Assembly: GCF_006345805.1 (NCBI RefSeq)
Contig: NC_043013.1
Coordinates: forward strand, 8,618,001 to 8,682,000
Direction of reading: 5' to 3'
From: Octopus sinensis
Taxonomy: Eukaryota
Length of the DNA stretch: 64,000 bases
A program made the position numbers and the translations under genes. Positions 39,431 through 53,060 of the stretch are shown here, in pieces. Below the pieces are notes generated by a model that was not told where the DNA came from, did not search any database, and saw only the letters and a program-made list of their open reading frames with translations. Numbering within the stretch: the first letter of the stretch is position 1; the number at the start of each line of letters is the position of its first letter.

Positions 39431-39954
39431 ATTCTTGTTTGTAAGAAATAATTTCTTCTCATTTGTTTACATTGTTTTATGTTGAATCTTCTTTTTCTGT
39501 GATTTTTTTTTCTTCTTTTTGTTTTTTCCCCTTCATATTTTCACTGACCATTTGGAAATTTTCATCCATAATCATTATTTTAACTTCCTCGCATGAGAAA
39601 ATTGTCATACTTCTGGTTGGAACTGTTAGAAGATGAAGTGGTTCTGCACGTGTTTCTGATGCTGGGCATAAAGATATTTCACTTCTCATTCCCAGAATTT
39701 TAGCTGAGAAACTCTGTAAACTGAGGTTTGTTGTGGCTGTTTCTCCTCATTATTTATGATTCTCATATCCATTTTCCTTCTTTCTTTTTTTTTTTTGGTT
39801 TAATTTTTCTAATTCTTCTGGGTATTCAGTTCTTGAGTCAGTTTTACTCCAATAAACATAGTATTTAACTTTCAGCTTTGTACTATTAATCTCATGCCAT
39901 TTGTCTCAGAACCCTCTTTGAGACATATTTCCAATATGGCTTTGTGGCCTTTAA

Positions 39955-40174
39955 CCCTTTCGTTACCAACCCGGCTGAAACCGGCCCTGACTCTGAGTAC
40001 AAATGTCTTGTTTTCATAAGTTTTGAATTAAAATCTTCCACCAAACCTTAGTCACAATTTATGTTCCTATCACTAGCTGAATGATGACTAAGTTATTTTA
40101 CTAAATTCTTTGTTATATTTAAAGTAATCGAAAGAAACACAGAACATCTCAAAATAAATACAGTAACAAAAGGG
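39955..40174. mobile_element. piggyBac-type MITE
   Basis: TTAA-CCCTTTCGTTAC ... GTAACAAAAGGG-TTAA. Confidence 0.85.
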
Positions 40175-40357
40175 TTAAGTATCATTTTGACATCACCTGA
40201 CCACATGTCATCTTTCTGTAGTCCTGCTATGATTACTGGTCTATACTATGAGACAAAAGTCACAACTACCCAAGGATTACATTGTTTCCATTATCTCTTG
40301 TTCTCTCTCTTGTGTTACTTTAACTCATTAACTGGCACACAAATGTATAGTCGGTAT

Positions 40358-40672
40358 GAAGGCGCATGGCTCAGTGGTTACAGTGTTTGGCTCTCGGTCA
40401 TGAGGTAGTGGATTTGATTCTCGGATCAAGCTGTGTGTTGGGCTCTTGAGCAAGACTCTTTACATTGTTCCAGTTCATTCAGCTGTAGAAATGAGTTGCG
40501 ACATCACTGGTGTCAAGCAGTATTGGTATTCACCTTTCCCTTGAATAACATCGGTGGTGTGGAGAGGGGAGGCAGCTATGCATGGGTGACTGCTGGTCTT
40601 TGGTAAACAGTCTTGCTTGGACTTGTGCCTCAGAAGGTGCAATCCCATAGTCATTTACGACCAAAGGGGGTA
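40358..40672 (+). mobile_element. SINE family E
   Basis: Homologous to 16481-16790. Confidence 0.7.
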
Positions 40673-41498
40673 TTAGGTAGGTCTTATAATTATAGCCTGT
40701 GTTTTAGATGTGCCTTTGGTTTTACAGGGACAATAGATAGTGCCATAATTTTTAGCTATTTTCACTTGTGAGAACTTCTGATATGTCTTAGAGAACCTGT
40801 AAAACTACTTGACATGATGGAAAATTTAGTTTGCTCCCATCCTTTTGCAAACAGAGAAATATAATTTTCCTCATTGCTTTCTCTTGGATTAAGTCCTGTG
40901 GCAAAAAAATGTTGCTTAATTTTACAAAATATTCCTTCTCACATATTTTTCTTGTAACTGAAAAATCTAGAAATTCCATTTGATCAGTTTTTGTGTGAAG
41001 AAAAGATTTGCCTTAACACAACTGCTGTATGAATTGTCCACAGTATTTGAAATCCTGTGGGAGTTACAGGTGTTCATATCCTTTTATTCTTATGCATTCA
41101 GTTGTGTTTTGAATCTGTGAAGTTTTTTTCTCTTCATTTTTTTTTTTTTGCAATTTTAATCTTTAGCTTTGTTACATGATTATGCGAGATAACCCTTTTG
41201 GATGTGAAAAACATGCATGTCAATAATTTTTTTTTTAAATTTGTGAAACAAACCTCTTTTCTTTTTGTTGTTGTTCTGCCCCCAGGTATTAAGTGCAGGT
41301 CTTCCTTAGGCATAATTCTTTTTTTTATAAGTACTTCATTGAAAGTTTATTTGGTAATACTTGAATAGCTTGTGTTTCGAATGCAGAAGCAAAGAGACAT
41401 CTCCACACCACAAGGGTCACATATTACAATGATAATAATAAAAATAGTAATATAATAATAATAATAATAATAATATAATAATAATAATAATAATAATA

Positions 41499-41543
<45 letters not shown>

Positions 41544-41574
41544 CAACAATAATAATAATAGAAATAATAGTAAT

Positions 41575-41790
41575 AATCCTTTCTACTAAAAGCACAAGTC
41601 CTGAAAATTTGGTGGGGAGGGAACTAGTCGATTACATCAACCCCATTGTTTCACTGGTACTTAATTTATTGATCCCCAAAAGGATGAAAGGCAAAGTCGA
41701 CCTTGACGGAATTTGAACTCAGAATGTAAAGACAGATGAAATGCTGCTAAGCATTTTGCCCAGTGCTAACAATTCTGCAAGTTTGCCAAC
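41575..41790 (-). mobile_element. SINE family B
   Basis: Family B core in reverse; abuts the protease relic. Confidence 0.75.
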
Positions 41791-41791
41791 T

Positions 41792-42290
41792 TATGTGACA
41801 AACTTATTGAAAATCATAGCAGAAAATTTTCCTGAAATTTCACTTGTGAGAACTTCTTTGATATGTTCTAGAGAACCTACTTGACATGATAGAAAATTTA
41901 GTTTGGTAGTATTTTCTCTCACATGGAAATTCTAACATACTGTCTACACCACATACTGTTTATTCATCACACCAGAAACATTCGTTTCTGTTTTGTCGAC
42001 CAATTTTTTCAGAGATGTTTATGTTTACAGCAGTTTAAACTTACCAGTGCCACAGGAACTAACAGCACAGATAACAATACTATACCCACCACAAACAAAC
42101 ATAATTCCTACAGTTCAACAAATTCATATCATTAATCTCCCATCTGATGCATATGATTGTGGTATTTTTGCCCTGGTGTATGCATTTGAACTGGTCATTG
42201 GAAACTCTCCAGAGAAGTTTCTATTTGAACAGTCAAAAATGTTAGCACATTTAAGATTTTGCCTCGAAAATAATAAATTTGATCCTTTCC
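41792..42290 (+). pseudogene. Ulp1/SENP-like (peptidase C48) cysteine protease domain, frameshifted
   Basis: NLLKIIAENFPEISLVRTSL ... FIHHTR(N)H-S-FL-LST ... VYVYSSL ... DAYDCGIFALVYAFELVIGNSPEKFLFEQSKMLAHLRFCLENNKFDPF; DCG codons at 42155-63. Confidence 0.7.
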
Positions 42291-42439
42291 TTGAAAGTAA
42301 AGTTTTTTTTCAAATGCCAACAAAAGCCACAGAAGTCACTCACTTTCTATCACCCACCCAGAGATGGATTACTCTTAGAAAGACGATTAAAAGTTATGAC
42401 TTCTCACATGAACATTCAGAGCAATTTTTTATCACCCAA

Positions 42440-45254
42440 TAGGTTCTGTGTTTTAAGTGAAGACTTCAAGCAAAACCCGAAAGGTAATCAGGAATCTAAT
42501 GAAAGTAAGACTCTGAAAATCATTTTCCCAAGAAAATCCATCACACTAGAGAATAAGTCAGTCATAAATTTATCTAAACTAAAACTTTCACCAAACGATA
42601 TCTCTGTCTTAGAGCTTGGAATGAGTTTTTGCCCAAACACTAAGAATTTTGACAAGAATAAACTAGCTCAAGGGCTATTTCGGTTTGTCTGCCGTCACAA
42701 GCTGAAGGAATATTTTTTTGAAAAATATGATTATGCAGAGACAGAAAACCTTATGCTTACTGAAACTAAAAATGATGATGATCGAATCTGGCATAATTGG
42801 ATTGGAAAGAATTCCAGTTAGTATCCAGATAAAGCTCAGGAAGGACGTTCACAACCACGACTGGAATTTCTTGAATTTTGTCGGACAGGCATTAGGGAAA
42901 GCCTTAAAATAAGTGGAAAGAAGTCCTGGAATAACCTCACAAATTCTCAGCATTACACACTCTGTCGTCTAGCTAATGATGATTCTGTTGTTATTAAAAT
43001 GGCAGATAAGGGAGATGCTAGTGTAATTATGGACAAGAGTGAGTATATTTTGGCTTGTGAAGAAGTTCTGTTGATCCAAACTCCAATTACAGAGAGGAAT
43101 TTAACAAAATAATTCTGGAAATGGAAGAAAACAATTTCATTAATAAGGCTGAATTCAGGATTTTATAGTCAGGAAAAAGAACACCTGTATTTCATGGTTG
43201 CACCAAAATACACAAAATGTTCAAAAGATTTCCTTCATTGCACCCAGTTTGCAGCAGATATGAATGTTGTACTGCCAAAATTTTGGAGTGGCTGGATGGC
43301 TGTCACAAAAAAATCAAGTTCCTATATTCAGAATACTTTTGATTTTGTGTCTAAAATCAACAACCTTTTTTTTAAGTGTCAAGGGAATGTCAACAACTGT
43401 TTTTTGGTAACCATGGATGTTTCTTCCTTATATCCCAATACTGACCATGATGAAGGGGTAGAAGCATGCATGAATGCCTTCGAAAAATGGTCAAACAAAA
43501 GTATTCCATCAAATTTTCTCTGTAGGCTATTGAGGTTTGTGTTACTTTGTAGCACAATGAAGTTTGGACAAAAATTTTACCACCAGACAAAGGGTTGCCA
43601 CCAGACATGGGTACCCCAATGGCAATTAATTTCACTAATGTCTTCAGGATGAAATTCGAGACACAGTTACTGAAGACATTCAAATCCCTACATGGTCATG
43701 AACCAATACTCTGGTTACGGTTCACTGACGATGTATTTTTTGTCTGGGAAGGATCACAGGATAGTTGAATTGACTACTTGCATTTCTGTGACTGTTATGC
43801 TAAAAACTATGGCTTTAAGTCCAACATAAAATTTACGCCTGGTTTTTCAAAAACTGCTATCCTTAAATCCTTAAAAATGTTTCAGCCTGAAGGCTGCGGC
43901 CATGCTGGGGCACCATGAATTTTGGGGTACAAGTTAAGTTTTCTGGTGGCAGAGTTATTTTGTAAGCCCACGTCATCTCACATTTACCTCTACTTCCACT
44001 CTGATCATCCACATTTACTTCCACTGCCACTCTAATCATCCACATCATATAATTTGGTCAAATTTGAAATCCCAATTTTTTAGGATAAAATGGATTTGTA
44101 CTGATATAGGGGATTACTGGAAACATGCAAGTGTTTTTATATACCATTATGTCAAATGCAGTTACAGTGAATCATGATTAATGGAAAATTGCAAATGACA
44201 TAGCTAAGACTAACAAGGAAAGTCGAACTTTCATGCATGATATTAGCAAACAAAGTACAGTATATCACAGAATTCCTTTAGGGATTAACTGGCACCGAAA
44301 TTTCGCTGGCGTTTCAAAAGTGTTATATGCAAGTTACCAGTATGTTATGGAAAAATATCCTCGTTTCAAACAGATATTTCCTCTCGTGGAAGCGCCATCC
44401 ACCCAAAATGCAAATATATGGGAAACTACCACCTGTGTCATCTCTTGTGAAAGGTAGGAGAGTCCAGTTTGCTGGACATTATTGTAGAGCTGAAAAAAAG
44501 GTAATTTCTACTCTTCTCCTCTGGAACCCATCTACTCGCAATACCAGAGGGCACACACTCTCCTACCCTGATGTAATCTCCAGAGATACAGGCATCCAGC
44601 AGCAGGACCTCCGTAATGCCATGATGGACCGTGAAGTCTGGCGTGGCATGGTAAATTCCATTGTCTCGACCACGGTCGAACAATGATGATGATAGTAGCC
44701 TTTAGATGGAGTAAAAAATATAAGAGAACTATTAACCTGTACTTCTGACTCCAAGAAAACTGACATTGGAGTTTCTGCATGCTGAACCTTGAAAAAATAG
44801 TTGCAAAAGAGGTAAGCCAAGTTCAGTATGCAACAACAAGAGTAAATCAAGTCAATTCCATCAGGAATCTTAATAGAAATGTTATGATTTATATGAAAGG
44901 TGGGACATGTAGAGATTCCCATTTGCTGTACGCAACAGAATGCACCAAATATAATTTGACTCATGTTGTTGTACAACAGAACAATTAAACAAAAGATTCA
45001 ATGGACACAGTTATGACATCAGACACAATAATTGTAGTTTGACAGAACTTACTGAACATTTTACATCAAATGGCTGCAATTTTGAAAAAGACTAGAAAGT
45101 GTATATTCTCAGAAAATATTCTGAATCTGCCACACTTTCAGTACTCAAAATGCATAAGGAGCAATATGTTTGTGACTTATTAACATCACGTCCTGAAGGG
45201 ATGAATAAAATGACAGGGGAATTTTATCATATTTACACAAAACCGTTTGATTAA
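42440..45254 (+). mobile_element. Decayed Penelope-like element: RT + thumb + GIY-YIG endonuclease
   Basis: SVINLS..LS..D.SVL.LG.SF.P; IKMADKG (42993); LVTMDVSSLYPN; MGTPMA; WLRFTDDVFFVW (43718); thumb IPLGI...KQIFP; TCRDSHLLYATECTKYNLTHV..TTEQLNKRFNGH...EHF...RPEGMN (44899-45209); many frameshifts and stops. Confidence 0.9.
44381..44693 (+). mobile_element. RTE-type LINE 3' end inserted in the Penelope element
   Basis: RRVQFAGHYCRA...LLLW.P...RGHTLSYPDVISRDTG...AMMDREVWR followed by (TGA)n tail. Confidence 0.8.
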
Positions 45255-45505
45255 ATATTCTTCTTTTCCTTTTTCTTTTCTTTTCTTTTTTCTCTTTTTT
45301 TCTTTTTTTTTTGCCAGTTGTAAAATCGAAAATTGAAGACTGATGATGTTATTCCATCAACGTGGGAATGCAGGTTGCCCTCATTCAAACTTTTGAGTTT
45401 GAATTTCTATGTACCACTTTTCATTTTGAACTTGACAAAGACACGCAAGCTGTTGAAATATTCAAACCAATAAAATATCTATTGCAATCGCATCACACTC
45501 TTTGT

Positions 45506-45534
45506 ATTGTCTATTTAATAATAATAATAATAAT

Positions 45535-45590
<56 letters not shown>

Positions 45591-45820
45591 TGATAATAAT
45601 AATAATAATAATAATAATGATGATGATAATAATAATAATAATAATGATGATAATAATAATAATAATAATAACAATAATAATAATAACAATAATAATAAAT
45701 AACAATAATAATATATAATAACAATAATAATAAAAATAATAATAATAACAATAATAATAAATAATAATAATAATAATAATAATAATGATGATAATGATAA
45801 TAATAATAATAATAATGATG

Positions 45821-45869
<49 letters not shown>

Positions 45870-46200
45870 TGATGATAATAATAATAACAATAATAATGAC
45901 AATAATAATAACAATAATAATAATAACAATAATAATAACAATAATAATAACAATAATAATAATAATAACAATAATAATAACAATAATAATAACAATAATA
46001 ATAATAACAATAATAATAGTAATAATAATAATAGTAACAATAATAATAATAAATAATAATAATAATAACAATAATAATAGTAACAATAATAATAAATAAC
46101 AATAATAATGACAATAATAATAACAATAATAATAACAATAATAATAATAACAATAATAATAATAATAACAATAATAATAACAATAATAATAATAATAAAC

Positions 46201-46237
<37 letters not shown>

Positions 46238-46278
46238 TGATAATGATAATAATAATAATAATAATGATGATAATAATA

Positions 46279-46318
<40 letters not shown>

Positions 46319-46614
46319 TGATAATAATAATAACAATAATAATGACAATAATAATAACAATAATAATAATAACAATAATAATAACAATAATAATAACAAT
46401 AATAATAATAATAACAATAATAATAACAATAATAATAACAATAATAATAATAACAATAATAATAGTAATAATAATAATAGTAACAATAATAATAATAAAA
46501 CAATAATAATAATAACAATAATAATAGTAACAATAATAATAAATAACAATAATAATGACAATAATAATAACAATAATAATAACAATAATAATAATAACAA
46601 TAATAATAAATAAC

Positions 46615-46670
<56 letters not shown>

Positions 46671-46682
46671 TAATAATAATAA
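45506..46682. repeat. ~1.2-kb compound (AAT/AAC/GAT)n microsatellite
   Basis: Direct reading; explains all poly-I/L/Y/N ORFs. Confidence 0.97.
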
Positions 46683-47521
46683 TGGCTTCAAATTTTGGCT
46701 TAAGGACAGCAATTTTAGCAGTGGGATTAAATCAGTTACATTAATCCCAATGCTCAACTGGTTATTTATTTTATTGACCACAAAAGGATGAAAAGCAAAG
46801 TCAACCTTGACAGAATTTGAACTCAGCACATTGTGCCAGAAAAAGAAATGTTTCAGTATTTTGTCCAATGTGTTAATGATTCTGCCATCTTGCCAATAAT
46901 TTATTATATTCACAACAAGAGCAATGGATGATAGGACTTTAGAATGACAAAAACAGTGGATGGTTGTTTTTTAAAAGAATGTTGAGTGAGAAACAGGTGT
47001 GAATAAGAAGAAATTAAATGAAACATAACAAAAATGGACCAGTAAACCAAATCAATCAAGAAACCCCACAGATCCCAGTTTACCCTTAATGTTAAGAGCA
47101 ACTACCCTCTATCAATTGTGTTCTCTGTCCTACAGTTACATACTGAAATTAGTTCCATTTATCCAAACCATGTTCCTTAATCTCACTCACCTTTCTGAAC
47201 ATTTATTGGACAGGGTCGTAAAGTTACTTGGTGACCCTGCCAGTGCAGGTATCACTTAAAAAGCATCTAGTTCACACTGTAAAGTGGTTGCCATTTGGAA
47301 GGGTGTCCAGCTGTAAAAACCATGCCTAAATTGATCTTACCTGTGCTGGCACCATGTAAAAAAAACCATTCAGCCTACTCTGCAGAGTGGTTGGTGCTAG
47401 GAAAGGAAACCAGCATAAAAAAAAACATGCTAAAACAGACAGAAGCATGGTGTAGGCTTCTGTCTGGTCAGCTCCTGTCAAACATTCCAACCAATGCCAG
47501 CATGGAAGGAGGACATTAAAC

Positions 47522-47557
<36 letters not shown>

Positions 47558-47982
47558 AGCATGTTCCTTTCCATTCATACTCTCCCTGTGGTACTATAAG
47601 GACTTGGGTAAAGAGAAAAGTACCTGTCTTCAAACCTTTCAGTTGTGTTCACCATATGACTTTCTGAATAGTCACAAGATGAAAATTTCTGCCTTCCCAG
47701 CCAAAGAAAGACAGAGGGGAATTTCTCATAATGGACATTGTTGATAGCTAAATTTGTCCTACATGAAAACGATAATAATAATAATAATAATAATTTATTT
47801 CCATTGTATTTTCGGATAAAATTCTCAATGCAAGCCAAGATGCAATATTGATCTATACGCAATATTAAAATGAAGAAATATATGATGTAAATGGTTAAAT
47901 ATAATGATAAAACGAAATAACAAATATTACATAATAATAATGTATGATAGGACACAATACATCAAAAACAACTATAACAATA

Positions 47983-48051
<69 letters not shown>

Positions 48052-50117
48052 TACAGCATAATAGGATAAAACGTAGTAATATATCATAGCATACATACAA
48101 TGAATTAGAAAGAAAGAAAAGATTTTAATAATATGTCTACAGTGATGCACATACAAACACACACACACACTACAGTTTGAGACGGCACAGTTTAGCTGTG
48201 ATAAACACTGAAGCAAAAAAGATAGTGTTTCTGAACTAAGTCATCCAGGTGCAAATTCATCTTTAAACATCTACACAGCCCATAGTTGTGGTGATTTCTG
48301 GGATAACACTGAATGTTCACTTCAGACTGGCAGCCCTGATATATTCCATTGAGGAGACCTATTGAGTCAAGTACATCAACATCAAAATAAATATCAAATG
48401 GAAATTGTAGTTGTAATACCTGTGCCAGTGGCACGTAAAAAGCACCATTTGAACGTGGCCGATACCAGCGCCACCTTGACTGGCTTCTGTGCCAACCGAT
48501 TGTGGGCACTGCCAGCCTCCCCTGGCACCTGTGCCGGTGGCACATAAAAAGCACCCACTACACTCACGTAGTGGTTGGCGTTAGGAAGGGCATCCAGCTG
48601 TAGAAACACTGCCAGATCAGACTGGAGCCTGGTGCAGCCTCCTAGCTTCCAAGACCCCGGTTGAACCGTCCAACCCATGCTAGCACGGAAAACGGACGTT
48701 AAACGTTGATGAAAGATGAAACGCCAGTGATTTGGGATTTAGTTTAGAAGGCTATTCCATCACAGAGTTACCAATTTACAGTTGAGTGGACTGGAACAAT
48801 GTGAAATGAAGTGGTTTGCTCAAGAATATAATGTGCTGCCTGATCCAGGAATTGAACCCATGGTCTAGTGATCATGAATGCAATGCCCCAACCACTAAGC
48901 CATGTGCCTTCATGTTCTTTACTATGTATTTTAGTAAACTATAGTACAATGTGTTTTCTGTAATACCATCCGAGCATGCGTGATCGTTACCTGCATCGCC
49001 TTACTGGCACTTGCGCTGGTGGCACGTGAAAAAACATTCAAGCAAGGTCGTTCCCAGTGCCGCTGGACTGACTCCTATGCAAGTGGCACATACAAAGCTC
49101 CATTTGAGGGTGGCCATTGCCAGTACCGCCAAACTGGCACGTAAAAGCACCTGCTACACTCTCGGAGTGGTTGGCGTTAGGAAGGGCATCCAGCTGTAGA
49201 AACACTGCCAGATCAAGATTGGAGCCTGGTGCAGCCATCTGGTTCACCAGACCTCAGTCAAAATCGTGCAGCCCATGCTAGTATGGAAAGTGGACGTTAA
49301 ACGATGATGATGATGATGATGATTCTATATCATACATTTTGTAGAGTTGCTTCATGCCAGTGGCTAGTGTGGAGCATGCAGACCACACAGGGTAACCACT
49401 TTGGATGTGTGGGTTTGGTGAACATATGTTGAAGCTCTGTTACTTATAAGAAAGGAGCAGCCTGTATGCTTACTGTACAGGACAGTCAAAGACCATGCTG
49501 TGTCGCTGTTTTGTGCTCTTATTAACTTTTGAGTATTATTGAATGTTAGGTACATTCATCATTATTTATTACATGTTCTGTATAACGTACATTGCCACAT
49601 TCCATATCATCATCATCATCATCATCCTCATTTCCATGCTTGTCTGCTTTTCCATGCTTGTATGGATCAAACAGAATTTGTTGAAGTTGATACTTCTATG
49701 GCCAGATGCTCTTCCAGTCACCAACTCTCATCTGTTTCCAGGCAAGATAATATTTCCCCTATAAAGGCGGCGAGCTGGTAGAAACGTTAGCATGCTGGGT
49801 GAAGTGCTTAGCAGTATTTTGTCTGCATTACGTTCTGAGTTCAAATTCTGTCAAGGTCGACTTTGCCTTTCATCCTTTTGGGGTCGATAAATTAAGTACC
49901 AGTAATACACTGGGGTCGATGTAGTTGACTTAATCTGTTTGTCTGTCCTTGTTTGCCCTCTCTGTGTTTAGCCCCTTGTGGGCAATAAAGAAATAAGATA
50001 ATATTTCTCCTAGTTGGGCACCTTTTCCATAGAAGACTGGAAAAGAACAACACTGCTTGTATGATGGTGATACTTGTTTACAACCATCACATGATGTCAA
50101 GACAAGGATATGCACAT

Positions 50118-50171
<54 letters not shown>

Positions 50172-50457
50172 TAGATATGTTCTGTTGTGGAAATCTGCTG
50201 CCCTCTGGACACCAATGTGGTTAGAAAAGTACCAAAGAAAGGGGACCTCAATGGATCATTGATAAGGTGTTTGTAAATCCACTACCCAAGATACACTTTC
50301 AGCTTCATCCCTATTATTATTGAAGCAATAAGATATATAACAATTCATCTGGAGCAAGTATGATTGAGCTTGTGAACTTGGGGAGAGAATGCAGACCCTT
50401 AATTCACACACTACAAATGATCATGATACCTGGGACAATAAAGATCTGTAAAACCTT

Positions 50458-50835
50458 ACTCTTTTTCTTTTTTTTACTCTTTTTACTTGTTTCAGTCATT
50501 TGACTGCGGCCATGCTGGAGCACCGCCTTTAGTCGACCAAATCGACCCCGGGACTTATTCTTTGTAAGCCCAGTACTTATTCTATCGGTCTCTTTTGCCG
50601 AACCGCTAAGTGACGGGGACATAAACACACCAGCATCGGTTGTCAAGCAATGCTAGGGGGACAAACACAGACACACAAACACACACACACACATATATAT
50701 AAATACATATATACGACAGGCTTCTTTCAGTTTCCGTCTACCAAATCCACTCACAAGGCACTGGTCGGCCCGGGGCTATAGCAGAAGACACTTGCCCAAG
50801 ATACCACGCAGTGGGAATGAACCCGGAACCATGAG
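50458..50835 (-). mobile_element. SINE family A
   Basis: Reverse homolog of 52646-53060. Confidence 0.85.
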
Positions 50836-50973
50836 ATTTAAAAGGTGATGGTTAAAACGGGATGCTTTCTTTCACAACCTTGCTACCAAGTAGGTGGTCA
50901 ATCAAAATTTATTTTAAATTAAAAAGTAAAAGAGAAGATACGTACATACATACATACCACACACACACACACA

Positions 50974-51018
<45 letters not shown>

Positions 51019-51396
51019 TAAATCGGGTTTCTTTCAGTTACAAAATTCACTCACAAAGCTTTGGTTGACCTAGGGTTACAATAGAAGAGACTTGCCCAAG
51101 GTGTTGTGCAGTAGAACTGAACCTAAGACCATATTGGTCAGGAAGCAAGCTTTTCAACCATATAACCTGTGCCATATATTGTATGTTCTTTACTCTTTTC
51201 AATAATGAATAAAAAAAAAAAGACTCAGTTGATGGTCCATAATAATGTGCAATCTTGCTAATTTGGTTAATATCCTAATGGGACCTGTATTAATGTCTCT
51301 CTGTCTAGACTTATAATGGTTCCCATTAATAAATTTCAGACTAGCAGGAATATCCTGTATCATTCAAGCATTGAAATCCACCCTTATATCTTCATT

Positions 51397-51764
51397 GGAG
51401 GCGCAATGGCCCAGTGGTTAGGGCAGCGGACTCGCGGTTTCGATCCCCAGACCGGGCGTTGTGAGTGTTTATTGAGTGAAAACACCTAAAGCTCCACAAG
51501 GCTCCGGTAGGGGATGGTGGTGATCCCTGCTGTACTCTTTCACCACAACTTTCTCTCACTCTTTCTTCCTGTTTCTGTTGTACCTGTATTTCAAAGGGCC
51601 GGCCTTGTCACTCTCTGTGTCACGCTGAATATCCCCGAGAACTACGTTAAGGGTACACGTGCCTGGGGAGTGCTCAGCCACTTACACGTTAATTTCACGA
51701 GCAGGCTGTTCCGTTGATCGTATCAACCGGAACCCTCGTCATCGTAACCGACGGAGTGCTTCCA
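51397..51764 (+). mobile_element. Young SINE family D
   Basis: 13-bp TSD TATATCTTCATTG at 51385-97 and 51766-78; near-identical to 3117-3500. Confidence 0.9.
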
Positions 51765-52202
51765 CTATATCTTCATTGTTTTTACTATACTAAATATATT
51801 CAGTGGCTTGCAAAGAAATCTAGTTTGGTTCAATCAGAAGGATGAAGGGCAACATGAGGCCTTCAGAACTATTTGCAGGAGAGAAAATCTTGATATTCTC
51901 AGACTTGAACCCTTTTGTTACCATATATCTTGATATGCTTTACTTTTGTTTCAGTTGTTGTTGGGCAAACTGGCATCTCATCTGTCTTTACGTTCTGAGT
52001 TCAAACTCCGCTGAGGCTGATTTTGCTCTCATCCTTTTGGGGGTCGATAAAATAAGTACCAGTTGAAGACTGGAGTTAATGTAGTTGACTTACTACCTAC
52101 CCCTGCTGGCCTTGTGACAAAATTTGAAAGCATTATTAAGCTAGTAAGGAACATAAATTAACATGAAATTTTAATGAAAGGTTTTAATTTAGATCACTTT
52201 AA

Positions 52203-52421
52203 CCCTTTAGTGTTCCAATTATTCTATCAAACATAATGCTTGTTGATTCCCATTGATTTGAATTAATCATGCATTATCTCATATCTTCAAGATCTTGATG
52301 GTGTAATTACTTAATGTAGAATAACATTGTAGGGTAGGTGTGAGAGCCTGGATCTGGTCAGTTTGAACATAAAACAGATTAGCTATTTTGGCCAGATATG
52401 GCCGGTTTAAATACTAAAGAG
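52203..52421. mobile_element. piggyBac-type MITE (second family)
   Basis: TTAA-CCCTTTAG ... CTAAAGAG-TTAA. Confidence 0.75.
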
Positions 52422-52645
52422 TTAAAACAGGGAGCTTGTATCATAAAATCAGAGGCAGTTTCAGGTGGGTTGGTATCCAAAGGGTTACATCAGTGTTTCT
52501 CAATCATTTTTTTGTCTGGGGACGCCTTTGATTCCTATTTTAATCTCAAGGACTTCCATGCTCATTCAATGTTTACAAAAAAATCATATTTTTACAATTA
52601 AATATTGTTAAGAATTGTATTAAAAAAAATTGTTAAATTGTTGTA

Positions 52646-53060
52646 GGCGCAGGAGTGACTGTGTGGTAAGTAGCTTGCTTACCAACCACATGGATTGGTT
52701 CTGGATTCAGTCCTACTGTGTGGCATCTTGAGCAAGTGTCTTCTACTATAGCCTCGGGCCGACCAAAGCCTTATGAGTGGATTTGGTAGACGGAAACTGA
52801 AAGAAGTCCATCGTACATATGTATATATACATATATGTATGTGTGTGTATATGTTTGTGTGTCTGTGTTTGTTCCCCTAGCATTGCTTGACAACTGATGC
52901 TGGTGTGTTTACATCTCTGTAACTTAGTGATTCAGCAAAAGAGACTGATAGAATAAGTATTAGGCTTACAAAGAATAAGTCCCAGGGTCGATTTGCTTGA
53001 CTAAAGGCAGTGCTCCAGCATGGCCGCAGTCAAATGACTGAAACAAGTGAAAGAGTAAAA
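52646..53060 (+). mobile_element. SINE family A, full length
   Basis: tRNA head, internal (TA/TG)n, GGTGCTCCAGCATGGCC-type tail. Confidence 0.88.

Noticed and set aside
45502-46913. Long ORFs of 340-459 aa
   Set aside because: Translations of (AAT)n/(ATT)n microsatellite; not genes.
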